Assembly (NCBI GenBank): GCA_965287045.1
Contig: OZ336870.1
Location: 130,448,001-130,512,000 of the forward strand
Reading direction: 5' to 3'
Source of the DNA: Carcharhinus amblyrhynchos
Taxonomy: Eukaryota
DNA length: 64,000 bases
Position 1 is the first letter of the stretch. Each line of letters opens with the position of its first letter. Both the position numbers and the translations under genes were made by a program. Shown here one piece after another: positions 1 to 12,300 of this stretch. The notes below the pieces were generated by a model that did not search any database, was not told the origin of the DNA, and worked only from the letters and a program-made list of their open reading frames with translations.

Positions 1-1336
1 TTTTCATGGTGCAAGCAGCTGTTGGGGGCTCTCTGAAGCTGACCAGCTGCCACCTGGTGTGTTAAGGTCAGCAGTGCCACAAATTTTATTTAATGTAAAG
101 AAAGTGACAGTTTAGACAAAAATTATTGAGCAGTCATTGAATCTTATGAACCAATCTTTCCTACCATTTGGAAGATAAAGATTGTCTTTTGTAATATTAC
201 ATACAGGTGCCAGTCATAGCATTAGCTGCTGCGTCAGGCCAGAATGTAGGCAATTTCCCTGGCCAACAAACCATCTTGTGTCACTAAGACCCCCCCAGTC
301 CTGTGAAAATCACACTTCTCAGCAGAAACATGATATAGTATTGGTCCTGCCTCCAAAGGAAAATTCTGCCCCTTAGTTTTCAATACAACTGTTAACATTT
401 TGTGATTTTTTTTTGTCTATGCACAAATCCTTAATTCATGCAGTTAACTTAAATCATTGAAAACCAAATGCAGTTCAAAACCACAACAACAAAAAGAAAG
501 GCATTTATGTCCTTGGACTGCACTCCCAAAAATATATTTCACTAGTTTAACTATGATGTCTAACACTAACACAGGGTAAATTTGCATTAAAATGCTATTT
601 TTAATACCCAATAGCATAGATTTACAATGTGCTGCTGGAGTGGAAGAATAGAAACTTATTTTAATGCAATGCCAATGTCAGTATTTAATCTTGCATCAAT
701 GTCACAAGTGTCAGCACCAAGCCGGGATAATATATGGCCAGAGGAGCAGGTGCAGGAATATTCATTATTATTGGAATGAACTATGACCAAAAACAAACCT
801 GGCATAAGAACCTTATAGTCAATGATGAACAGATTAAAACAGGAACAGAACATCCAGGTCCTTCAATGTTTGAACAGATCAGTTAAGCAAATTATTAATA
901 ACTTTAAATGCTTGTCTGACACTTCACTGAGCTTTCAAAACTACAGAAAATCCCTGGGACCTTTGTTAGATACAAGTTTAGAGGTTCATGATTCTAACCT
1001 CATTTAAGAAAATAAAATCTTGAATGAATTCATAATTCAGGTTAGAAGCAAATGGGGTTGAACACAAAATGGGGACAAGTGATTAAGCTACACATTCCTA
1101 TTTGCTATTGTCTATTGTTTATTTGAGAAGGATTGTATCTACATTTGAAATATTAAGGCAGACAATAGTACAGGGTGCTTCAATACTTCCTACCATCAGG
1201 CATATCTAGACATAGCTGTAAAATAGTGAAGGAAAAATAAGCATCAAGATTTACATGAGCATTTAGTTCCCAAACACGAGAGAGATCTACCTAAGGCTAA
1301 CAACAGGTCGACCAGCATCATGCAACTCCTGAACAA

Positions 1337-1609
1337 GGTGGCATAATGGCACAATGGTTGGCACTGCTGCCCCTCAGGACCAGGGTTTGATTCCCAGTTG
1401 GGGTCACTATCTGTGCGGAGTTTGCATGTTCTCCCCATATCTGCTGGAATGCCTCCCACAGTCCGAAAGAAGTGTTGGTTAGGTGCATTGGTCATGCTAA
1501 ATTCTCCCTCATGTACCTGAACAAGCACCGGAGTGTGGCGACTGGGAGATTTTCACAGTAACTTCATTGCAGTGTTAATGTAAACCTACTTGTGACACAA
1601 ATAAAAATA
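1337..1609 (+). mobile_element. tRNA-derived V-SINE, HE1-like
   Basis: tRNA-like head (GCACAATGG...GTTTGATTCC), V-domain-like GTGCGGAGTTTGCATGTTCTCCCC, tail TTTTCACAGTAACTTCATTGCAGTGTTAATGTAA; homologous to 59068-59340 and 23449-23505. Confidence 0.85.
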
Positions 1610-1791
1610 AGTGAGTAAGCCCATAACAACCAATTTCCATTTCAGACCAGTGTTCACCCTTCTTCCCAATGAGATCTTCATTTTGTAAATAGACTGGAGC
1701 ACAGGAGAAGATTATATCCAACTTTGTGCATTTGATCATCTTTAATAAATGTTATGCCTAATAGATTACCAACATGTAAAGCTTTCTGTAC

Positions 1792-1862
1792 CTTAACAGA
1801 ATGATTATGAAAATCAGTAACAATGATTTCATTATTGTTGTTGACTGCTGCAAAATGAGGAC
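1792..1862 (-). CDS. TRIM2: TRIM2 coding exon 9 (NHL repeat), 71 nt
   Basis: TTTCAG|GT CCT CAT; (G)[23 protein letters not shown]; donor AAG|GTACAG. Confidence 0.95.
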
Positions 1863-4800
1863 CTGAAAGAGAAAGGCAGAAAATTAGCACTATTGTCAAT
1901 TTTGTTTTAAAAACAATTTTTTTGAAAACATTGAACAATGGGTTCGGATTCTGAACACAAAATGTATTCCAACACTAACCACATGTTGCCTTTTTTGAAA
2001 TACTATAGCTGTACGCAAATTGATGATGACCAGATGAAAAGTAAAATTATCTTGGTATGTGGAATGTTCTATGAAATCTGCATGGAGGAACCAAAGCTAC
2101 ATTTCCAACAATTTGCATTTAAACAAACTCAATTGCAAAATGAAAGGCCCTAAATTCATTTGGAAAGAAATTTAAATCCTTTCAAGCTGCTAGATCAAAA
2201 GATTAACATGTTTCTGAAGCTTGTAGTGGTTCATGACAGGAAGCATTTGTAGAAAGGACCATAATTTTATTTCAGGGGGTAGTGATTAATATTTGAAGCA
2301 TGTAAAAGAAAATGGCCCAGGGGTGGGTGGGGGGAGGGAGGCAGAGAGAAAGAGAGAGAGAGAGAGAGAGAAGAGAAGGATTGCAATTACTTTTGGACTT
2401 TCTAGTAAAAGTGGTACAGAAATGAAATGCCAAATAGTTTTGCTCTGTGCTGGTAATTTCTGCAGCTCTACAAAGACCTCAAAGTGTCCGTTAATAAGCC
2501 AGGTCCATTACTCTGATTAATGAAGCGAAATGTAGTACACATCAGTTGAGTGGAAAGAGCAAGTAGCATGTCCAAAATAAGACTAGAGACCAGCAACTTT
2601 TAACTTAATCTTTTGTCTGTATGATTGTTGTGGATTGGTGAGGTTTCTGTCTGACCTCTTTCTCTTTCAGATTTCATAAAACCTTGTAAGCTCATTAATT
2701 ATTGAATAGTCATTTAGCATCACAATGAATGTAACTTCTGACCCTGGAAAAGAAAGCCTGTCAGAACTCTGCAGAACAGATGTACCCTGTGCCAAAACTG
2801 AACACTGAAAAGTTCCAAATTATAAATATTTATTTTTAAGAAGTAATGGTCAGTGACAGATCTAATGCAGCATTTAGTTTATCACTGCCAAGAAGATGAA
2901 AAGTTGCGTGGAATTTCTAAGAAATGATTGACAAGTGGGGACATTATTCTTTTGTGAGATATTACCAGATCTGCCAATTTTAAGAAAACTACAAAATAAC
3001 AAAATTAGTTTGACCTGAAGCATACTGGATCCTGTTGTATGTGGATTAAATTAATTTTCCTCTCTATAAATTTTTTAAATACTACTCCAGAAAGGAAATA
3101 ACTGTTTGTCAGGAGTCATGCAGCAAGCACTACTTTCTCCAAGTCACTTGTGTTCACTTGTAAAGCAAAAACCCAAATTAAGTCAATGTTTATGTTAAGA
3201 AACCAAATCAAAGCTCAAGCTTAACTGATATCGATCCTAAGATTGCTGCCCAATTCTCATGGAGGGGTATCAGTTATTTTTAATAGCCCTATGTTGTAAA
3301 ATCACTCCGTTCTTGCCAGCAATCACAAAGTACTTATACAGAGGTTTGACACATCAAGTATTAGAGTAACTAAGCAACTGTCGAAAAGTGCAAAAAAGGT
3401 TCAGGCAATGAAAACAAAACAGATTAAGCAAAAACAAACAAATACATATTTCATATAAAGCAATGTACTTCTTCAGGTCAATATTCTGGATTGAAAGTTC
3501 AATTGCTGAAAGTTCCCAATAATCATTATAATTTTTATAAGAGGAAATGGTTAGAAATTTTTTTATTGGGAGGGAATGTTAAGAATAACTTAGTATTTAG
3601 TAAAGGGTTGGAGAATTACCCCAGAATCATAAAATGCACATAGTAACTCAATATCAAAAAACAAATGTCAAACAATCATGCCACAAATCCACAATAAATA
3701 AAAAAAAAGGACATGGGAAACATTCAAACAATGGTGAGAAAGAGATCCAGACATAGGAAAGTAGAGGTATGTGTTAGAATTATGGAACCAGCATACTTTT
3801 CTTAAAAAAAAGCAAAAATATTAAAATAAACAGACGTATAATAAATTTAAGCACACTTCCAAAGATGTGTGGGTTACATGGATTGGCCATGCTAAATTGC
3901 CTCTTAGAGTCAGGGGGACTATTTAGGGTAAATACATGGGGAGGATGGTGTGAGGATAGGATCTGGGTGGGATTGTAGTTGGTGCAGACTCAATGGGCCA
4001 TATGGCCTCCTTCTGCACTGTACGATTCCATGATTTGACAAAATGTAACACAATTAAGATGCCGATTGCTGTTAGAAAAATAAAGATGGCAAACTAGACT
4101 ACAATGTGAAATAGGAGGAAAAGTTCCATTCCACTATCTAGACCTTTTACACTCAGATTACTGAACAGATGGCACAGAGCATAAGGACACAGCTATCATT
4201 TCCAGAGTTTTCCCACGTCGAAAGTTTGCCATTTCAGTAGAATAGAGGCAAACACTAGTTACAGAAATGGAAAGTCCCTTGGTAAGAAGCACAACCTGAC
4301 TTGTAGAATGCCGCAAAGATATTTTTTAAAAGACTAGATTTTACTCATTGCCAAGTTCATTTTAAAACAAAATACAAAATATAAGTAGACTCATTAAATG
4401 GGAGCCTGTTTAAGCTGTATTTTTTCCCCCTTTGATTTCCTCTCCAGAACATATTTTTTAGTTTTTGGCAAGCCTTAAGTTGACCTTTGTTGGATTTAGT
4501 CATCTCATACAGATGACAACTAATGAAGTACATTTGGCAGGAACCATGCAGTTGTCATCGTGTTCAGGACAAGGACAGGCATGCGTTCAATTTATGCGAC
4601 AAGATTTGACCATGCGAAGTCTTCATGCAAATGTGTGCAGAAGAGGCAAGAAAGGGGGTTCAAGTATTACCATCAAGTGTACCTGCAAACTGCTTGTCAC
4701 TGTTCCCTCGATTACCAAATTTTGTCACCAGCTTCCCATTAGGCTGGAAAATAAAGACACAGCAAGCCTTGTTGTCCACCACAATTATATGACCATTCCG

Positions 4801-7800
4801 ATCCACTGCGACACCCTTTGGTCCCAAAAGCTTTCCAGAACCTAGCTTAGTCTGTCAAGAGAGAATGAAATGCAATCATTTTAAACGTAGGTTTACACTT
4901 TTATTCTTCATTTTTCCCCTCAGCCACGTGGATGAGCAGGATTTCCAAAGTCACTCTGCAGTCATTAGGATGCAAGTCCAACTTGACAATGAGGAATTTC
5001 AGGGATGGACCAAATTCTACTGCTGTGGAGTTCCAGTATGGTGCAACACCTTGATGTCCCATTATGGCTCATTTTAGTTACTGCTAATAGATAAAATTGT
5101 ATTTTACATTGACTAATTTGAAAACGGTCAACTTGAATATTTAATACAAAGTTTAACAATTTTAACAACCATACATCCAAGAGTACTTAACTATACTGTG
5201 TGAAGAAAGTATTTTACGTTCATGTTAGAATCACAGTGCAGAATGATGCCATTCAGCCCATTATGCCTGTGCCAGAAAGAGCTATCCAGTTACTCCTACT
5301 CTCCTTCACAATTTTTTCTTTTTCAAGCACTTATCCAATTCTCTTTTGAAAGTTCCTATTGAATGTTTCCCCCACCCTTTTAAATTGTGCACTCAACAAA
5401 TTGCTGCACAAAAGGATGCTGTGGTGTGAAATGCTCAGAAGCAGCTAATGAGAAAACAACTTGAAATTATATAGTGTCTTTGACAACAGTGTCATACAGC
5501 CAATTGAGTACTTTTAAAGTTAGTCATTGCTGTAATGGGCAGTTAATTTGTGCACAGTAAGGTCCGATAAACAGCAAGGTAATATAACCAAATAAACTGT
5601 TTTTGTGATGTTGACTAAGGGATAGATATTGCCCAGGATACTAGAGATAACCTCCAGGCTAACCTTATTTAATATAATGCCACAGGATCTTTAACATCCA
5701 CACCAGAGCCTACAGGTTATTGGTTTAATGTCTCAACCAAAAGATGACAGTGCAGAATTCCCTCAGTTCTACACTGGAGTGTTAGTCAAGATTTGTGTGT
5801 TCTCTAGAGTGGGACTTCAGCCTTGAACTTCTGACTCAGAGATGATTTCAGAGCAACTTACTTTTATTTTTTGCAGAGGGAAAATTGAAGAAAACAATAG
5901 TCAGAAAAATCAGCTAAAACCAGGAAGTGAAAAAGGTCTATTGGTTTAGAATCTTGATTGGGGAATTGTGCAGGTAAGTTTTTTTTTCAGAAGACAAGTA
6001 AATCTAAATTAAAATCAAGGATTTTCAGAAGTTTAAGGTCTGAATTTTTACTTCGGAGTCAGGAGCGCAGAGTTGGGACAACTCCTGCTTTGCAAACCTA
6101 ACTCCAGAGAAGGTTAGCCCCCAAATGGACCGATCTTCATTTGGGAATGGAGTGCGGCCTGTTGCCATTGAAAACAGTTCAGAAGCAGCTACAGGAGCTA
6201 CCAGGCGTGGAGGCAGGATGTACACAAGATAGGCCTCAGTGCACTGGGACTTTATTCAAGCTGTAAAGAAAATATACAAGACAGCTCTACAGCTCTCAAT
6301 CCTCATACCCCACACACTCCCCAAGCCATAAGCATAACAACCTATGCCACTTAACCCATCCCATGAGCATGGCCCCTCTCACCCTCCATGTCAACCTATG
6401 CCCCTCTACCCACATCCCAACACTCTTGATAGCTGCTATGGCAGCCTGTGCCACTCTACCCAACCCCCAACTCAGTACCAACTCCTGCCCCACACCCTCC
6501 ATGACAACTCATCCAGTATCCACTATGGGCAGACCTCTGGACAGGCTGAGGTGAAACTAAATAAAATTTTAAGTGTCCATTGAAAATTTTATATTGATAT
6601 AAAATGCTCATACATAAAAATACCATTCAATAAATTTAATTCCTTCAATTACATAATCTCTTATAAAACAGTACTTATTTCAAGTGCTTAATTCTTCATA
6701 AAAGTAATAATTTATATTCATAACCCCACAAAGACTTTATGTCCACTTGGAACAGTCAGAAAGATGTAAACTGACTGGCATCCAACATGATGATAGGTTT
6801 GAGCAGCATTGTAGCACAGCAGTTAGCACTGCTGCCTCAGCTCCAGGGACCTGGATTTGATTCCCAGCATGGGTCACTGTGTGGAGTTTGCATATTCTCC
6901 CCATGCCTGCGTGAGTTTCCTTCAGGTGCTCTGGTTTCCACCCACAGTCCAAAGATGTGTGGGTTAGGTTGATTGGTCAAGCTAAATTGCCCTTTAGTGA
7001 CCTGAGATGCGTAGGTTAAGGAATTAGTGGCATAAATATACAGAGTTATGGGGATAGGGCCTGGGTGGGGTTGTTGTCAATGCAAACTCAATGGGCCGAA
7101 TGGCATCCTTCTGCACTGTAGGGTTTCTATGATTTGTTGTAGAATCAGTCATGCAGTACAAATCCTATAATTATAACCCTCAGGCTTATGTCAACAGAGT
7201 GAAAAAGCAAGCACTATTTTTTTAAAACTCCAGAATATTTTATTTTAAATATTGAAAGGCCTGGAGCTTTAAATGCATTGACAACTCTAATTAGTTTGAT
7301 TGTTCCCTTGACAGCTCCCTGGGAGTTTATTCACTTTTTACACACATTCATGTCTACATTCAACAATCCCAAAGAGTACCTAACCTCTCCCAAAGGTATC
7401 CGTGGGAATGTAGAGTAGCGTATGGGTGTGGAAAATTCTGAGTAGAGCAGCAATCTGACAATGATTCCCACTCCGCAGAAGATCGTGGCCATTATGTAAT
7501 AAGCTAAAGCCTCTTTAATGAAAATCTCTCAAAACAGGATCCACTGAAATCTGATTTTTCATCTAACAAACCAGAAATTCTCTCATATTGTATTTGATGG
7601 GTAAGGTGAATAAGAGGTTAAGAACTGTCTAAAGTCTCTAACTGTAACTCAGAAGAGCAGGTGAAATGTCAATTGGAAATTCGAACTTCCAGGGCGTGGA
7701 GTATTTTCATGAGATTTCCAAGTAGTTCCATAGTTTATGTTTTGGGGTATACCTGGTCTCCAACCATCTGGAGATCGGAAGATCTTGCTCAAAGATTGCA

Positions 7801-9320
7801 CCAATATTACCTGTCGTGAAGTTGTGATAGTATTGTACATAGCTCATATAGGAATTATCTTGACTGACGGATTTATTGAGGATTTTTTTTTAAAAAGTAG
7901 ACTGATGAACAAACAATTTTTGACAAACATTTTGACCATATTTAAATACAAGCTTGCATACAACTCAGTTAATTAACTGGCTAACTACAAAGACTTCCTG
8001 CTTACCTTGAATTTCCCATCCGGTGAAAAAATGCTCACCCATTTGTTATCATAATCAGCTATGATGATATCACCACTTGGGTGTACAGCTACTCCTGTTG
8101 GACGCTGCAGCTGCCCAGGAGATCGGCCACGAACACCAAACCGGTTTTTAAATTGTCCATCATTTGAGAAAATCTAGAGCACAAGTTTATTACATCTTAT
8201 ATAATGAAGTTATGAATCAAAATGCAACATTGTCACTCAAAAACAAGAAATGGTTACGCAAGTGAAATCAGTCAGGCTGTGCGAAGAACTCAGAATGACC
8301 GTCTATACACGCTAAAGTGGAAAATCCACTTAGTGTAGCACAGTCACAATTCACTAATAATTTGTCAATCTAGCTTGCCTATGTCATTCATGCATCAGAA
8401 GCAGGATGATAAACAATGTCCAATGCTGATTTGGTGTTCAACCTTCATTTTGAACCTTACAGAATCTATTCGTGCTCCCTCAAACATTCTAGCTGAACAG
8501 ACATTCGAAGAGCAGGACAGAGTTTCCAAGCCTGTCAGCAAAAAGCCTGCTGCGCAAATTATGGTCCAGAAAATCCTAGAACACTTCAGCACAGATGGAT
8601 CAGCTTTTTAATCCCACTCTTGCTTTACTTTTACTTGGTGGTGGTGGGGTGGGGGCAGAAGAGCCCTCCGGTATATTCAGGAACAAGTCTTCAATACTTT
8701 GGCGATCTGTACATCCCGTGCAACTCAGCTCTCTCATGAGGGCATAAACTTTATCACCGGACCTTCAGTTGGCACCTCAGGTGGAGGCAGCAATAGAGAG
8801 AGGGCCCAAGATCCCTTCGCCCCAGATGGGCTGTCCATGAGCAGCTACTTGGAAGTTCAATCGCCCTAAAATCCTGACAGCTTAACAATTCCTATCTTTC
8901 CATCCCTTGGATCAGTGTCCTCCTAGTCAAAATGCTAAAGTAAAAGACACTCCTAACCATTTATTCCATAATGTTATCTAACAACACTGAATAATAAATG
9001 CAGAATTGCACTATTCACTCGGTTTCTTCTTAAGGCCTGTCTTGAGAATGTCTTTGCTTGTCCTATTGCTCCTCCTCAGTACTAATCCAGTGACTGCACA
9101 TGACTAATGGAAAACTGCTGATTTTCACCGGGAGATACTGCAAATGGCCTTGCCTACTGAAGATGCTCAGTCGCAATTTACCAAACATTTGCATGGGAAA
9201 ACTACCACCTGCAAGTTCCCCTCCAAGCCCAATACCATCCTGACTTTGTTCCTTTCATAACAGCATTGTGGATGTACCTACACCACATGGATTGCAGCAG
9301 TGGAAGTAGGTGTCTGGAGG

Positions 9321-9355
<35 letters not shown>

Positions 9356-12300
9356 CATGGAGCTAAAAGGTGCGTTTTCTGAAAATGTTGTGTAGGAAGC
9401 GTTGTGAGTCACTTAGCAGTTAAGAAAAAGATCTTGATGCAACTATATAATAGCAACACAAGAGTGGAGTATGACACACAACACAAGAATGAAAATTTCT
9501 GCAATATTCCCTCACCTGTACGCATTGATTGTTACTGTCTGCAATCATGATTTTTCCACTGGTGGATGTTGCCACTCCCTGCAAATTAGTGAATTCTCCT
9601 TTATTTCTTCCTTTAGTTCCTGCATTAAAATAAAACAAAACTTAAGCATGCACACCTTTATTTGGAAAGGCAAAGGTCGTATTACCCGGAGTCGCAGCAT
9701 ATCCTCAAATAAGCAGCATTTCTACTAGAATATTTATGGGAGAAAAACACTCAAATAAATCAGAGAAACATTTAAGTGGGTCCACATTTATTACATTCTG
9801 TCACTTTACAGAGAGTAATGCACTGTTCAGAAAGTTCCATCGAGCAGTTCCCACTTTGTATCAAAATTTCCTTCAATGTACCTTACTAAAGCAGGTGTGA
9901 ACAATTCCAAGGAATTTCCCACTGCAGCAAAAGCATCAAATCACACCATCCAGCTTCAAGACCTATATTTGATAGCCCGAAGCATACAATTTAATTTGAA
10001 CTGATTTTAAAATCTACTTTCATGAATAATACTAGCATTTCTTAGCACCTTAAATCATTGGTTGTGACCATCGCTATGTGTAAGAATAGAGATTCATTCA
10101 ACTTAAACTTAACATTGCAATGCATATGTATTTTACCTCTAGCTATATAGCAAAACAAACAGCAAACCTTAGGATTCAATCCGAAAATGCACCTTGCACT
10201 CAGCTGTAAGAATAAGAGCAGAATCTAGTTCTACAGTCTCTCTATCAATTAACAAGAACATGGCTGAACCCCTACTGCAATTCCACCTTCACTGCAGGGA
10301 CTGGGGTCTTTTACTGACCCATTCAATCACATTTTGTTTTGATGTTTTAAGTTTCCTTTGAGATTCCGTTACTTTGATGCAGTAGCCTTTTAAGGAGCTG
10401 CAGATTAGTTGACTGAGTTTATTTGGTTAACCAAAGAATCACAACTCCATTTTCACACCTGTTCTCCACACACACATCCAATTCCCTCAGGGTCCAAAAA
10501 TCTACGGGTCGCAGTCTACCACAACATGTACTCAATGACTGAGCATCCACAGTCACTAAAAAGAATTCTAAAAAATTCACAACCCTCCAAGTCAGTAGAT
10601 TTTTCCTCATCTCAGTTCAAGACTGCAATCTCCTTATGCCAAGACTAAACTCCCTAGTTAAAAAGTTCTCCATGGGAAACAGCCTCAGCATCTATCTTGT
10701 CAAGCCCTCTCAAAAATTGCATACATTAATTTGCTAATGCTCATTGTCTTAAGTTATCAATTATTTATTGCACTTTGCAAGTGTGGTTCAGGCCACATAT
10801 TGCTGATATTCAGTCATTGATAAATTAATATTGCTACCCTGGCTATTGCCATCCAACATTTGTGCAGCATTATTCTCAAAGAAGGTCCCCAAAGGATTTC
10901 ACACAGCCACAAGAAAAACTGCCCCACAGCCAAAGGGGAATAGATTAGGATTAATCTGAAGCTTCGAAAGATTAATTTAGCTGAGAGGAAGCTGAGGGGA
11001 ATGAAAAGGTCTAAGTTTTAACTTTCAGCATGTACAACACTCAACTGAACGATCCACTGTCAAATGTTGGTGAGGGAGGAAATGGGAAGTAAGTTGTACA
11101 AAAGACCAGAGTCAGAGGAATGGGGTGTTTGGATGGGGTGATATTACACTGGATGAGGTTTGAGAAACAGGAGGGGGTTGAGGGAAGAATAGATGATCAT
11201 TGTGGGTGGGTGGATTGCTTGTCACCCACCCCCAGTAGGAAAGATAATTTGAGCTGACCAACTTTTAAAAAAGTCCACGCTGGGTGGTCTTAATAAACTG
11301 AGAAGTGGGACTTCTGCCCTCAGGGAAAGTAAGTCCCACCCACAAGAACTGCCAGCCAATCTGATTGAAGTTCTGGAGACGGGGAGGGAGTGGGGGTGTC
11401 ATAACGGGGGACACCATCTTGGGGGGTCGCTCTCAGTTGGCACAAGCAACCCTCAAAAAAAAAGGTAGAATCCCTCCTCCTTCCCACCTTTTAGCCTGAA
11501 GTCATGAAAGAATGGGTTGGCCTCTTCATTTCACTGTCTCCCATGCCATTTTATAGCAGTGGAAGTGGAATGAGCTCTTAACTGCCCATCAATAGGCCGA
11601 AGGGTGGACAGGCTGAAGCCATACCATTCCCTATTATGGGGGACAACTCAGGGGGTATATAGCCATCCATTGCAAGTCATGTACCACTTCCCCCACCCCA
11701 CCAAATATGCCAGTTTTAGTGGGGAGAGGGGACATGGGGGTCCATGAAATTTTGCTCACTGTGTCTGTATTTTAGAGTTAAAAGTGCTGGAAAGACCCAT
11801 TTCAGGTTACAAACACAAATCACATTGGAAGTGCAAATCAGGGTTTGATGTCTGTTGTAGGACCTTGAAACAAAACTGTTAATCGATAGAACAGACTATG
11901 CACCAACATGTGCTGCTCTGGGTCTTCAGAAAATAGTGTCTATGGTGTCAAGAGGTAACTGCAAGGCAGCTTGATATAATTCCTTACGCCCTGGATAGCA
12001 AGTTGCATCAGAGCACAGAGGTGAAAGAGAAAAGTCTTTGATAAAAATCTACATACCAACTCTAAAGATCAAGTCATCTTCAATTGGATTCTCTTTTCTT
12101 TTTCCAGTGCTATACATGCTGGCTGGCCGTTTCACAGCCTTCTGTTTAACATGTCCACTGCCAGGTGACTTCACACGTCGTTTGACTCCATCGGACGTTG
12201 GTGAAAGATCAGTGGGTTTGACAACCCTCAACTTAAATGGACTTCCTTTAATATGTTGATCATAAAGTCTGAGTGTGAGTGTAAAGTCACCCTCTTTCTG

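Noticed and set aside
2660-2760. Possible poison exon after a CTTTCTTTTCCAG acceptor in the intron between coding exons 8 and 9
   Set aside because: Acceptor-like motif only; no convincing donor or other support
4465-4845. 126-aa plus-strand ORF (also 24264-24614 and 12038-12259)
   Set aside because: Antisense shadows of TRIM2 exons with no independent protein signal
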